Position numbers and translations under genes: made by a program | Shown: one piece after another, positions 34,395 to 48,897 of the stretch | Layout of the letters: each line of letters opens with the position of its first letter | How positions within the stretch are numbered: the stretch's first letter is position 1 | The notes under the pieces: generated by a model | Databases searched by the model: none | Seen by the model: the letters and a program-made list of their open reading frames with translations, nothing else | Told to the model about the DNA's origin: nothing | Assembly (NCBI RefSeq): GCF_028641065.1 | Contig: NC_073391.1 | Location: forward strand, 36,022,001 to 36,086,000 | Reading direction: 5' to 3' | Source of the DNA: Leucoraja erinacea | Taxonomy: Eukaryota | DNA length: 64,000 nucleotides

Positions 34395-37300
34395 GACGTT
34401 GTTGCCTTCCTGGTGCCAGGGTCCAGAATGTCTCAGAGTGGTTCCATGATATTCTCAAGTGGAAGGGGGAGCAGTCAGAAGTTATTGTGCATTTCGGCAC
34501 AAATGACATAGACAGGAAAAGGGCTGCGGTACTGCAAAATAATGCAGGGAATTGGGCGAAGAGATTAAAAACAAGACCTCTAGTGATTTCTGGATGACTC
34601 CTGGTGCCATGTGCTAATGGGAGGAGGAACGGGAAAATAGGACTGAGAACTTAGTGCAGGGGGCAGGGATTCTGTTTCTTTGACCAGTGGGATCTCTTCT
34701 AAGGCAGAGGTGACCTGTGTAAGAAATATGGGTTGTATCTGAACTGGTAGGGGGTTAGTATACTGACAGGCAGGTTGGTTAGTGCTGGAAAGGGTGGATT
34801 TATAGGTGGTAGGTGAGGCTGGAAGTTTGTATGGAAGGTGATGAAAAAAAGTTCACTAGGCAGGAGCATGGCAGGAAGTGAGGAAGGCAAGACAGCGCCT
34901 TTACCACCTCAGGCAATTGGGGAAATTCAGAGTGTCTTGCGGATCCGCCAGTGCTTCTACCCAGCGGCTTTGGAAAGCATTTTGTCTGGAAATATCACGA
35001 TTTGGTTTGGGAACTGCTCTGCCCAGGGTACGAAGGCTCTGCAGAGAGTAGTGCGTTTGGCTGAACGCACTATGGGAACTTCACTCGCCCCTTTGCAGGA
35101 GCTATACATCAGAAGGTGCAACTCCAGAGCCAACAAGATCGTGGGCGACCTCTTCCACCCCAGCAGCGGACTGTTCCAGCTGCTATGGTCAGGCAAACGC
35201 TTCCGTAGCTATGCTGTGAGAACGGAGAGGATGTGAAGGAGTTTCTTCCCAGAGGCCATTAGGACTGTAAACTCCTGTCTCTCCAGGGACTAACTTTACT
35301 GTACCATTTTACTGGTGTGTGGTGTCTTTTTAATATTGCTGTTTTTTTTTCCTTTTCTTCCCTCCCTCCCACAAATATGTGAATATTCTGTTTTTTGTTT
35401 GTTTGTTTTTTGCACAATTCGCGAGCATTGCCACTTTTCATTTCGCTGCACATCTCGTATGTGTATGTGACGAATAAACTTGACTTGACTTAAGGAAGGA
35501 CAGTTGGATTGAATTTATTTTGATGTGAGAGGTTTGATGGGCAAGGCAAATGAACTCTCGGTGTGGAGAGATGTTAATGACTGGGATGTTGTAGCCATTG
35601 TAGAAACCTGGGTAAGAGAGGGACAGGATTGGCAACTTAATGTTCCTGAGTACAGGTGCTACAAGAGAGATAGAGATTGAGGTGGGAATAAACGAGGAGG
35701 GGGTGGTGCTTTATTGATTAAAGTGAATGTCACAGCAATAGTCCAAGCTACTACCAATAGTAGATATTACTGATGGTTCACCCAGTGAGTCTATATAGGG
35801 AGGTGAGAAATAAAAAGGTGATGATCACCTTGTTGGGAGTGTACAATAGGCCCCCAAATAAACAATGAGAATTAGAAGAACAAATATACCAAGAGATTGG
35901 ATCCAGTTGCAAAGCTACTAATACTATTAGTAGGGGATTTTAACTTTCCCAAAATAGTCTGGGACTGTCAAAGTGCCAAGGGCTTAGATGGGGTGCAATT
36001 TGTTAAATGTGTCTGGAAAGTTTCGTCAGGCAATATGTAGAGGGCCTTGCATGAGAGATGTGAAGCTTGATCTACTCTTAGGAATTTGGGAAGGACATGC
36101 GACTGAAGTGTCGGTGGGTGAGGCCTTTGGAACCAGTGACCACTGTTCTAATAGTTTTTAAAATAGTTGTGGATAAAGACAGGGCAGACCCATAAGTTAA
36201 AATCCTAAAATTGGGCAAGGCCAACTTTGATGATATGAAACAGGAATTTGCTAATGTTGATTGGAATAAGTTATTTGCAAGCAAAGGAACATGTGGAAAG
36301 AAGGATGGTTTTCAGGGCATACGTGTTCCAGTTAGGGTGAAGGGCAAAGCAGGTGAGAGAAAGGAAGCTTGGGTGATGAGAGGAATTGAGGCTCTGATCA
36401 GGAAAAAGGTTGTAAGGGACAGGTAAAAGCAGCTGGATCAAGCTGGAGGAGTTTTGGAAACCGAGGAGCATACTTGAGAAATAAACCAGGAGGACACAAA
36501 GAGGTGGGAGATGGCTATGGCAAATAATGTTAAGGAAAATCTTTAAAAAATGTATGTACATTAAGTGAAATAGGATAACTATAGAGAGAATAGTGCCTCA
36601 CAGAAACCAAAGTAGTCCCTTCTGTGTGGAACTGCATGAGATGGGCAAAGTCCTCAATTAATGTCTCTTCTGTTTTTACCATGGAAAAGGACATGAAGAC
36701 TGGGTAAATTGGGACAGTTTATGGAGATACATGGAGGACAGCCCATATTACAGTTGACAAGGTGAAGGATAAGGTATGTAAATATAGATAAATCTGGGCC
36801 TGGTCAGATGTATCTGAGGACACTGGGAAGTGAGAGAAGCCAAGGCAGGGGCCCTAGCTAGGATATATGAATCATCATTAGATATGGGTGAGGTGCCAGA
36901 AGAATGGAGTGTGGCTAATGTTGTGCCTATATATAAAAGATATATAAAAGACTGCAAGGGAAGGCTAGGGAACTATAGACTAATGAGCCCAATGTATGGT
37001 AGGTAAGTTACTGGAGAGTATTCTGAGGGATAAGATGTTTGCATTTGGATGGGTATGGGGTAATTGGGGGTAGTCAGCATGGTATTGTATGTGGTAGATC
37101 CTGTCTTGTGAACCGGAGAAAGAAGTAACCAAAAAGGTTGACAAGGGCAAAGCTGTAGATGTTGTCCATTGGACGTCAGCAAGGGATTTGATGAGGTTCT
37201 GCATGGTAGATTACTCTGGAAGATTAGATTACATATGAGATCCAGGGAGAGCAAACTGACTGGATATAGAATTGGCTTCATGGATGGAAGCAGAGGGTGA

Positions 37301-38262
37301 CAGTGGAAGGGTGTTTACTGAACTGGAAGCCTGTGACTTGTGGTGTTCCTCTGGCATCGGTGTTGGGGCCCATTGCTGTTTGTGGTTTATACGTTTTAGG
37401 ATTAGTATAGACAGTGCATGATTAGTAAGTTTGCAGATGACACTAAAGTGAGTGGTATCGTAGTCAGCAAAGATGGTTTTCAAAAATTACAGCAGGATCT
37501 TGAAGTGCTGGGTAAGTGGGTGGTGGAATGATTGATGGCGTTTAATGCAGATCAATGCAAGGTTTTGCATTTTACAAAGTCAAGCCAGGGCAGGACTTTC
37601 ACAGTGAATGACAAGACACCGGAGAGTGTCCAAGAGCAGAGAGATCTAGGAGTGAAAACGCATAGTTCCCTGAAAATGGGATCATGGGTAGATGGGGTGG
37701 TCAATATATCTTTGCATACATTGGCCTTCATCAGTTAAGGTATTGAGTATAGACGTTGGGATGTTACGTTACAGTTGTACAAGATATTGGTGAAGCCACA
37801 CTTGGGAGTATTGTGCTGTGTTTTGGTCACCCTGGTATGGGAAGGATTTGTAAAGCTGTAAAGAGTGCATAGAATATTTAAGAGGGTTTTGCCAGGTTGA
37901 GGGATGATCTTCTAGAGATGTATGAGATCATGAGGGGAATACATGGGGTGAATGCACAATCTGTTACCTAGATTAGGGGAATCAAGAAACTGGGTATAGG
38001 TTTAAGGTGAGAGGGGAAGGATTAAATGGGAATCTGAGGGACAACTTTTTCCACACAGGGCGATAGGCATAAGGTATGAGCTGTAGGTAGTTGACGCAGG
38101 TACTATAATAATACTTAAAATGCATTTGGACAGGTACATGGATAATAAGGATTGGCAGGATATGTGCCAAAGATGGCAGGTGGGACTAGTGTTGATGGGA
38201 TATCTTGCTCAGCATGGGCAAATTGGGCAGAAGGACCTCTTTCCATGCTTTATGACTCTATA
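34395..38262 (+). mobile_element. Near-full-length but heavily decayed CR1/HER1 LINE (ORF1 esterase, APE endonuclease, RT), interrupted by a Rex fragment
   Basis: CCLPGARV and VHFGTND (SGNH ORF1); ETW, RGGGG..LLIK, YNRPP and GDFNFP (APE); EWSVANVVP, SKFADDTK and FFHT..; CR1 tail ending tatgactctat. Confidence 0.85.
34881..35490 (+). mobile_element. Rex1/Babar LINE 3' fragment nested in CR1
   Basis: KARQRLYHLR..ESILSGNITIWFGN..ALQRVVRLAER..HPSSGLFQLL.SGKR..SFFPEAIR, then AATAAA and (CTTGA)n. Confidence 0.85.
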
Positions 38263-40289
38263 GCCAAGGTTATCCAGTTCTGGCATTGTCCTCTTAAATC
38301 TCCTATGTACCATTTTTAGTAATGTTGCATTCTCTCCATGATATATAACTAGAAAGGTACAGCGCTCTCTTGCTATCAAATACTTTATACTAATAGCTTG
38401 GTATAAGACATTCAGTGCTTTGGCTAATAAATGAAACTATTTTATGTGCTTTTGTAACCACCTTATCTGTCTCCCAGGGATCTTTGGCCATAAGATCTGT
38501 CTCTTTACATTCCTTAACGTCCTACCATTTATCACTTGCCATACTTGCTCACCCCAAATGAATCGCCTCTCATTTTCCCAGACTGAATTCCATTTATCAC
38601 TTTTGTTTCTACCTGGCCAGTCAATTTTATTTCTCGCCTTCAATCTGCTGCATTTAAATTTAAACTGTTCATCTCTACCCCAGTGAGTACATTGGACTTA
38701 ATCTACTGAACTGATGCTAAGGACTGTCTGTAGTCTGCACTCTGTCTTCCCTTTTGCTCTATCTATTTTATTTGCATTTGATTTGATTGCATTTATGCAT
38801 AGTATATCTGATCTGTTTGGATAGTAATAATAAACCTAAACCCAAAGTCATGAAAAATGAGCCAGTTACAGTGGAAGTACGGCAGGACATGAACTTTACA
38901 TTATACTTTTCCTTAGTTAAAGCTTTTATGTATGATTGGTGAAAATGTGAACATTTCAGGTTTATATCTATATCTAATTAATTATTTTCCCTCAAAATAT
39001 TATTTTAAAATAAATTACTAATTGATTATGTCACTGTAAAACCAACATTAAGATCATATGTGCATTTTAAGAAAAACTTGCCTTCTAGTACCATTTCTCA
39101 TGCTTTATCTAAATTACAATTTAACAAAAAAATGCTTATTCTCCAAAAATCACCCCAGGGGGATGAGCGATTCCACACACCGTTTCCCTTTCTCTGTCTG
39201 TCTTGATGTGCGTTTCCAAAGAGAAAAATTAATCATTTAGAGACAAAAGAAAAGGTAACAGGAAGAAACATTCAATGGAATTGGGCTGATGTTTTACCTC
39301 AGCACTCCTACTTAATGCTCAAATTCTGATGTCCTTGTATTCCCTTAATAACCAAAACATTATCAATCACTCTTGTATATTCTGCAATCTTTTTGGTAAA
39401 AATTGAGAGATTCATAATTCTCTGGGTGAGGGATTTTATTTTTTATTGCACTGAATGTCTGAACCTAGTTCTCCAAGACCCTGCCATAAAAGACACATGC
39501 CTGCATCTATTTAATCAATCTCCCTGATTGGTAATTCAACTTCCTTTCCTCTTTTGCATCCCCCTCTATCAAGTCTGAAACATCCAAAGTCTGGAATGCT
39601 GAGCTGTCAACCCAGCCTGTCTCTCAACCAAATTTTGCAGCACCAAGTAAATTGGCAGCTGTCCACCCACTCCCCAGTGTTGGCAGAGGTGTTGCCATCA
39701 ATTTAACAGGGTTTTATTTATCTCTTATCCAAAGTGCAGTTCCCCTCATGATGCGTTTCAAAACAGTTTGCAGTGCACAAATTAATCCACAGGCTCTATA
39801 TATTGTCTCCAGTTGGCGTATCTATCTTGAATGTATATGCAGGTTCAATTACTTGTAAGAATATTTAAAATTTCAGTCTAAATAACCTCGCATATTAAAA
39901 GTCACATCTTTATCATTGAATTGCTACATTGTTATGTAGTTGAAATTTGGTGTTGGTTTTGGAAGCTGAGCTTCTGAGGAAAATCAATAACTGCAACTTG
40001 ACATGTTGACTTTGTGAAAAGGATTTGTAAATAGCTGAAGGCCCACGGGCATCAATCAAATTGTAAAGGCATAACAGGGAATTGGGAGAACTAGGATTGA
40101 AGTAATGAACTCGCAAATCTTGTCTGTCCTGTGGAGCCTTTGGGCCTGTATTTATCTGAAAGGTTCAGGGCAGCTGCTCAGCCCTTGTCACTTATTTAAG
40201 AGTCAGTACTCGGTTCACAATCTTTGAAAGGATTTGAACTCCTCTTGGACAACCTACATTCATAATGCTTACCAGTCTGATTTGCCTCT

Positions 40290-40682
40290 GCACATTCACT
40301 TCAGCCTTCTTGGGCCCCCTTCGGTCATGGCTGACCATGGGTGGCTCCATGGTTGGAGGACGCCAGTGTGTGACTTTGTTTAATGTGGGGAGACTGGTGC
40401 ACAGACAGCCACCACACGGCCCTTGACAGATCTGGGTCAGGATCCAGTGGCATGGACTCTGAGACGACCAGAGACCCTTTTCTACTGCAGCCTTCATCCG
40501 CCTTCCCAGTCGTTGTGACGCTCCATTAAGGTCAGCCATCTTCCTCTGCCTGTTCCACTGTTGAGGTCTTGGTTGGATTGCTCTTTGCCAGAGTCCTCCC
40601 CCTTGACCTTACCGCCATGGGTGGCCCTACCAGGAGCATAGCTTCAGCATCGCTCTCAGGATCTCGGGACCACCCAAGCTTC
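40290..40682 (-). mobile_element. Short RTE-clade-derived non-autonomous element (5' UTR plus 3' tail)
   Basis: Minus strand GCTATGCTCCTGGTAGGGCCACCCATGGCGGTAAGGTCAAGGGGGAGG resembles RTE 5' UTRs (BovB/Rex3-type, recalled). Ends CCATGGTCAGCCATGACCGAAGG. Confidence 0.55.
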
Positions 40683-41518
40683 AATAGTTGTGATATAGGG
40701 GGGGGGGTTTAAATTTCCCAAATATTAACTGTGATTGTCATTAGTGTCAGAGGGGTGGTAGCGGAATTTAAGAAATGTGGCTGGGAGAGCTTTTTGATAA
40801 AGTATCTTGATAGACCAGTGAGGGAAGGAGCAGAACCCTCATGGGGAATGTAGCTGTTCAGGTGGAGGGAGTGTGGGAGCATTTTTGAGATAGTAACTCT
40901 GCATATTTTAAAATTATGCATAAGGATGGATCAGGAATAAAAGCCTTGCATTGGGGAAGGTCAATTTAATTAGCATATGAGAGGACCCGGTAAGGGTAAA
41001 TAGGGAGCATGTACCTGAAGGTAAATCTATAATTTGCACAGTGGGCAGCATTCAAAGATAAATGAATGGGAGTTCATGGGCAATATTGGCAATCTTCCAG
41101 TCATCTTGTATCTCTCACTTGTATCAAGCAGTGATTTAAAACCCTCTGCCAGAGCTCCAGCAATCTTTTCCCTTGCCTACAAGGGATGAGAATCCAAGAA
41201 TAAATCAGTTTCTTTCCCTTCTACTCACTCCATCTGTCCAATGCCCCACATTTCTTGCCGTGTGTGGCAACCCACCACTGTTTCCAACCACTCGCCCACC
41301 TCCCTTATTTAGTTCCATATTTCACCTTTTCCCATCAGGTTTGATAATCTAAAGCCCTTTGCTACCTCCATCTATCATCTCCCGGCCTCTGTCACTATTT
41401 CCATCCTTCCCTCACCCACCCCGATGAAGAATCCTGATCCTAAACGTTGGTTATCCATTTCCCTCCACAGTTGCAGCCTGACCCTTTGAGTTCCTCCAGC
41501 AGATTGTTAGATAGTGAA

Positions 41519-41614
41519 AGTACACAAAAATGCTGGAGAAACTCAGCGGGTGCAGCAGCATCTATGGTGCGAAGGAAATAGGTAAAGTTTCGGGCCGAAA
41601 CCCTTCTTAAGACC
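41519..41614 (-). mobile_element. Solo PLE arm
   Basis: Exact 15-bp TSD TTGTTAGATAGTGAA at 41504-41518 and 41615-41629. Hammerhead core mutated. Confidence 0.85.
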
Positions 41615-41674
41615 TTGTTAGATAGTGAAGATCTTTAATTATTCTATTAAAATTTGCAAAAATCTAGCAGAATT

Positions 41675-42090
41675 AGACAATAGATACAGGAGTAGGCCAT
41701 TTGCCCTTTGAGCCAGCATCGCCATTCACTGTGATCATGGCTGATCATCCACAATCAGTACCCCGTTCCTGCCTTCTCCCCATATCCCTCACTCCACTAT
41801 CTTTAAGAGCTCTATCTAACTCCCAAGAGAGTTAGATGAAGCTCTCAGAGAATTGGTCTCCAATGCCTTCTGAAGCAGAGAATTCCACAGATTCACAACT
41901 CTCTGGGTGAAAAAGTTTTTCCTCATCTCCATTCTAAATGACCTACCTCTTATTCTTAAACTGTGGCCCCTGGTTCTGGACTCCACCAACATCGGGAACA
42001 TGTTTCCTGCCTCTAGCATGTCCAATCTCTTAATCTTATGTTTCAATAAGATACCCTCTCATCCTTCTAAATTCCAGTGTATACAAGCCC
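41675..42090 (-). mobile_element. CR1/HER1 LINE 3' fragment
   Basis: TRGHSLRIRG..FFTQRVVNLWNSL plus tail. Confidence 0.85.
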
Positions 42091-45000
42091 ATCTTGTATA
42101 TTTTCCATTGTGTATATTCTGGCCAACATTATTTTGGTAGAGACATTGCAGATTAGGTTTTTCCAGAATTAATCGCTCAATGTATTAAAAAAAAGTCTTG
42201 ACCCAAAACTTCACCTATCCATGTTCTCCAGAGATGCTGCCTGACCTGTTGAGTTACTTCAACACTTTGTGTCTTTTTGTGCATTCGCCATCATCTTGTT
42301 TCTTGATTAAATTAAAACTATTATTGGTGAAACATTTAACTGTCTTTCAACCAGGATTGGGGAATCAAAAACAAGAGGAGTAGTTTAAAGGTGTGAAGGG
42401 CAAGATTTAATAGGAACCTGAGATGCAACTTTTTCACTCAAGATGGTGGGTATATGGAATGAGCTGCCAGAAGAGATACAATAACAACAATTAAAAGCCA
42501 CTTGGACTGGTATATGGATAGGAAAGTTTTATGGGTGAAACAGACAAATGGGATTATTTGGGCTGATGGATGTGTTTCCATGCTGTATGTATGGCTTTAT
42601 GACTATTTTGTGAACCACATAACATTAACAGGACTTCTCAAGAACCTAGTAGGTACAAGCCCTTAGGACATACCAAGATTATGAATGGAGGCTTTTAAAT
42701 GCAAATCTTCTTATAAACTGCTCAATACATGTCAGATTGTCAACTGGGAATTAAAGTTCTAACTTTAACAACATGATCAGAGGCACTCCCTTCTGGCAGT
42801 GGTGTTTAAGACGCCTAGACTAACACAAAATTGAGAATAAATCATTGCAACTTCTTGTTTAACTATTAGCTAATTAGTAAAGGGAATCCACTGCAGGGAA
42901 ACCTGACCCCAGTCTCCAAATACAAAACATATCCTTGCATGAAAGTAGCAGGCAGAAGAAACAATGTTTTGACAAAAAAAATGCCAGAAGAACTCGGCAA
43001 GGGAGGAAACATCTGTTTTTATTTCAGATTTCCAGCATCTGCAGTTTTTGTGATTTTCATTTACACTTGATTCAACATGCCTTTCTCGACAATCATGCTT
43101 ACCATAATCTTTTCTGGGATGTGAATGCAGGAGGAAAAGCCATTCCTGATTCTCCTTGAAGAAGAGGTGATGAGCTGCTGTAGAGAACCACTTTGGTTGT
43201 ACTTTTGCAATGTTGTTGGGTAGGGATTTGCAGAACTTGGACCCAGTAATATTGAAGGAATAGCAATGTAAAGTCCTTACCAACCAGGAAAAAGTGTGAC
43301 CAAGAAAGGAACGTGAAGGGGGTGCTACCTTCATCCTCGATGGTAAAACCTGCAGGTTTGAGCACACTACAACAATTCTGCAGCAGTGGTGGTTGGAATG
43401 CATCCTTGGGGCAGTGGATAGGCTACCAATCAAGGACGATACTATTCCTTAGGTGACAATGTTTTTGGCGCTGCTCCCATTCAGATAAATGGAAATTATG
43501 TTAATGATAGAAATGCTGTTGGAATGGAGAATTCCTTCAGAATTCCTACCTAATGTGTGTATCTTGCAGTCACGTTACTTTGCTGGATGGCCTAGTAATT
43601 TTTCTGGTTCATTGGTGACAAGGATATAAATAAAGATCTAATGAGATCATCACTGACAATTATCTCATTAGACTGTCAAGAGAAGTTCCTTAAATTCTCT
43701 TTTAATGATAAATATTAATTTCTGGGCAACAATAATATGGCCCCTCGTTGACCCAATAATGACTGAGAGCTTACAATACATGAAGCGTTCCTGGAAAATT
43801 CTTCTCCAGTCATCAGGTATTGAAAATTATCCTGGAAAATCACATTGGATCATCTGGTCATAATCTGTCCATTCACTTGCCGCGCACTTGCGTCTGGCCC
43901 AGGACTTTACCGAGGGGTTGCCAACAATCAGCTTGCATGGAGGAGGTGGGACTGGCATATGCTAACTGACTCGAGTACATTTTCAACGTTCACAAATATG
44001 AACAAGACAAATTACTCAACATTTAGTCCATTCTTGCTTTTACACATTTGAAACAATAGAAAAATACGAAAAACATGCTACTTCTGAGGACCACATGAAA
44101 TATTTTTGACTGCTTAAAAAGTTAAATTACTCTGGATATCTGTGTTCATTCTTTCTCCTAGTGGGTGGTCAGTTGCAATTCCTCATACCAAGGTATTGGT
44201 TTATTGATATTATGTGTACCAAGATACAGTAAAAAGCTTTTGCTTTCATGCTATCCAGTCAAATAAATTAGATTAGATCAAACTATGCATGACTACAATC
44301 AAGCTGTACACTAATACAACAAGTAGTGCAAAAAGAAAAATACCAGAGTGCAGAGTAAATTGTTATAACGTTATGGTATTACATTTGTAGAGAAAAGTCG
44401 TTGGTCCACAATAAGGGAGGCTGGGATCAAACCCTAGCATCTGGGAGGACTGTCCAGTAGTCTGATAACAGCTGGGAAGAAGCTGTTCCTGAATCTGGTG
44501 GTCTGCCTGCTCCAAAGAGGTGTATTGTTCTATTGTGCGAGGCAACCTAAAAAGCCCCTTATGCCTCTATTATTGCTTTGAGATTTCTGTCTAAAGCTCA
44601 GTTGACACACTCTTCTGCCTATATCATGAGGGATAAATGTCCGTGCCTGTCTTGGAGAATTGGCTGATCAAGCACTGCTCCAATGTTTGAGTCTGTTCTT
44701 TCAGTCAATCTTAAAACATCCCAATAGTTGATGTTCCCACCAATATTTTAATTCCTCAATTGATATCGCCACAACCTATTAATTGGTCACGATCACATTG
44801 CTGTTTCAAAATAGATTGCCTCCACGTTTATGACAGTCCAACTGCAAATAAAAATCACGGTCTTCATCGTCTGTAAAGCTCTTCAGGATGCCCTGATAAT
44901 GTAAATTCAATTTATTTCACGTTAGTATGAACCCGATTCTGGACTTTCTTTTTATTTAGAGCCTCATGAATTTTCAAGGTGCTTCAATACACTTTAAAAT

Positions 45001-47715
45001 GAATGTACCCCAATAGTTGGTCAGCAGTATTGTGTGTGCAGATGTAGCAGCTAGTTTGTTCAATGTAATAGCCCACAGGTATTCAATTGTTGAAATGCCA
45101 AGTTATCCTAAATCTCAAGGGACCAGCTAAGAAGAGAGTTACTAATCAGGTGACCCTTCTTGAGTGTGTCCAACACAAAAAAACTTCCTTCTCTTCCTGA
45201 AATACTGCAGTGGGAAAACTCCAAATGGGAATACCGAGGAGAGTTGATACAGCAACTGCCACACATCTCCAGGGACTTATGGGGCTGTCTTTGCAGAGTT
45301 TGCAAGTTCTCTGACCACATCCTCAAGGCATGGTGTTAGGCTGCTGTAAATTACCTATTGTGTCGGTTAATGGCAAAAAGAGTCGATGACAAGTTGATGG
45401 GCAAGTTGCAGGAGAACAGGGAAATAAGGAGTGGGGGAATGGGATTGCTCACCTCAGAACTGACATGGACCCAAGGGCAGAATGGCCTCCTTATGTTATA
45501 ACATAAATGTTTAATAGATGGAGATAGACATTCCTGATGGGCACTCACGGTGTGCCAAGGAAAACTGAAAATTCAGTTAATTGATTCATTTAAAAGGAAA
45601 TGGAATTGAAAGGGAAGAATGGGTCAAGAGCTGGGAGATTTAAAAAAATGGTAAAACTCAATTTCTAGACGAGGTATCAACAAGTGCAGGTCTACTGGGG
45701 AGAAATAGCTTCCTTCTGCACTGCAGCTTCTACAGATAAGAGTTGCAATAATTGACACTTGATCTGAAAAATCTGCATTTTGAACCGTAAATAGATGTGC
45801 ACTTGTGCTCCCACACACGAGCAAGACTCGATTACAGCGGTCACTGAAATTGCTCTGTGCTGACCTCTGTGCATCTCACCACAATATGGGATCAGATTAC
45901 AGAGGTCAGGCCACAGTGTATAAATACAATCCACATAAAAGATTTAGATAATGTCATTTCCAGCTGTCAAATGCAATAACCACATTGATGGCAATAAAAA
46001 GTGATTTGTTTTATTGCCTTTTGCGAATTTGGTAATAGGATACATGCAACGGATTTTCAAACTCTCCTTTACTCTCAGCTGCTTGTCCTTTATTAGATGT
46101 TCTCTAACTGCAGCCACTGATGTCTGATGATGTACTTTGTCATAACCAATTCCTCCTGCCAATAAATATTGAATTCAGTAACTTATCTCTACTTACACTG
46201 AATAACCTTTATTTGGTACACACAAGAAACTGCAGATGCTGGAATCTTGGGCAAAACACAAAGTGCTGGAGGAACTCAGCAGGTCAGGCAGCATCTGTAG
46301 AGAGAATGGATAGATAACGTTTTGGCTTTGGACTCTTCTTCAGACTGAAGATCATAAGGGTTATGACGGGTTCTTCCCCATAGTTATCAATCTGAAGAAG
46401 GGACCAGACCCGAAACATCGTCTGTTTAATTGAGGTGTGCGGGGGAAGTTTTTTTTACAGAGTGGCGGGGGCCTGGAATACATTGCCAGGGTTGGAGATG
46501 GTGGCAGGTATTGTAGTGGCATTTAAGAGACTTTTGAATATGCACAAGGAAGTGTAGGGAATGGAGAGATATGGATCAGGTACTGGCAGAAGAAATCAGT
46601 TTGACTTGGCATTATATTCGGCATAAACATTGTGTGTGGAAAGGCACCTTCCTTAGCTTTATTGTTCCATGTCTTTTGAACTCTCGTCCTCGGGCAAAAG
46701 AACCTTTGAATCTTTTTAAGGCAGATGCAGACTGATTCTTGAAAAGCAGGCAAAAGATTTCTCTGCATTGACGATCTTGTGGAGATGACAATGATCAAAT
46801 CAGCCACAACGTTATTAAGTAGCGAGGTTGGATTGAGGGTTGAGTGAACTGCGGCTTTTCAAATGTTTATTAAATTCATTTAAAAATTATTTATTGTGAA
46901 TTTTAAATGACCTCCCCCATTTCCCATCGCATCAACTTTTCAACTATTTTGTGCAAGCAAGAGGGCTTAAATTAAAAATATATATTTTAAGTCCATTATT
47001 ACATTAAATTACATTAAGTACATCATTTTAAAAGTATGTTTTGTTCTCCTGGTGCACAGTTTATTGACTGACCACAGAATTAGAGCAGTAATTTAACTTG
47101 CCAATGGCAAGAATTTCCAGGCTCGAATCATTTTGCATGTTGATCCCCAATGCAACCAAACCACATGCCTGCTAACAGTGCAGACCAATTTCAGACCCTT
47201 CCTCAATGTAACCTTACACTTTACTTCTCCGCAGCATAGCTCAAATCCCAGGTTCTCTCTCAACTGCACCTGAAATCCTGAAGCTCTTCTCAATGTAGGT
47301 TAACCACAGAGCTTTCCTCTATGCTGCTCAAATGGCAGACCCTCAACTCCATGTATCTGAATTTTCCTCAATGTACCTAACTCCCCAATATTATTTAATA
47401 TACCGTGAACTCAAGACTCTTATGTAATGTACCCTGACACTACAAGACCCCTCCTCAGTGTTACCTAACCCAAAAGCCTCTTAATCAAGGTACCGTAACC
47501 TTGAATTCCTTGTCATTGTAACCCAAAACCCGCACTGTCCATTATGTAAGGCTACATGAAAGAATGAATAAATGAATGAATACTTTGTCACATTTGACAA
47601 GTCACATTGAAATTCTTTGCTTTGCATACCATATCCAAGGTATGCAAAGAGTCGCCACATAAAGGGGGCCGACTAAATTACAAATTATCCCATGCCAAGT
47701 CCTCCATTGTTCTCC

Positions 47716-47717
<2 letters not shown>

Positions 47718-47755
<38 letters not shown>
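47718..47755. repeat. Poly-C homopolymer (~38 nt)
   Basis: Direct observation; lies inside a LINE-tail-bearing repeat (47565-47760). Confidence 0.9.
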
Positions 47756-47758
<3 letters not shown>

Positions 47759-48897
47759 CCCCTTCTCATAGACCTCTCTTTAATAAAAGCAATTCTAGAT
47801 TCCTCCTTGGTGAAGCTTAACCCAATTCCAGGACTCCATCTCCTCCATCTCATCCTAAGAATTACTCAGCCTCTCACAAATGCTGTCTCTGGGGTCATGA
47901 GTAAGCAGATACCATCTTTGTTAGTAATTGTCCCATATGTCCAGCTGATCCTAGAACAGCTGTTTATGCATAGCTCTGCAGCAGCCCTTCCTGCTGCAGC
48001 TGACCCTGTTGTGTCACAGGTCCTTCCTTTATCACTGATCCTCCCATTCCGGATTACATCTCCTTCTTTTACAGTTGACCCTGCAGCAGCTACGTTCTGC
48101 CCAGTTGTTTCAGCAATGCCTCCTGTCCTTTGAATAGCCCGCTATTCCATCTGTGGATTAAAGCTCGTCGACAGGACCGTTGGACTTGACAGCTGAAACT
48201 TTCTGCACACTACAACTCCAGTCTTCTCTACAAGTCTGAGCGAACGATTGTGGTGAGTTTGTTTTCCTTCTGTTATGCACAGCAGTTTGTGGTAAAGATA
48301 ATGGTATGTCAGTAACTTGTCCCGTTCTCATCAGTGAAAAGCCATTCAGAATAAGCACCAGAATTGTTTTTCCCTCCGATAGGGACGTGGGGCAAGAAAA
48401 TCCATGATCAATACATGATTTTTAATGATAGGCACACAGCCAAACAGACTAGCACTGTGCGTTACGTTCTCCCTTATAAGACACACACACTGAGAATCGC
48501 TCACTCACTGACTAACACGGCCTCTCACTCTCTCCTAAGACATACACAATGCCACTCTTCCTTTGTCAGAGACACTTGTGGAATTGGTCAGGGTGCTACG
48601 AGCTGCCATGAACATACAATGCCACCCACGCAATCACAGCACTGACAGTGGCAGTATTTATTCTTTCCCACTTCTGATGATATCCCAGGCAGGCTTACAG
48701 TAGTCAGAGTTACAATAATTGTACTGTCATGCACATTCTTATGCTCTTGTTCCAAGCACTGATGCACACTTCTTGTACAGGCAGCCATGCATAACACCAA
48801 CATGACAACGTGTAGTTATGTAGCAGCTTTCATATAGTAAAAAAATCTCCGACACTTTACTGGAACATTATCAAACAAAAAGGTGCCACTTAACAGT

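Noticed and set aside
42870-43433. 187-aa minus-strand ORF
   Set aside because: Runs across several decayed repeat fragments; no coherent protein.
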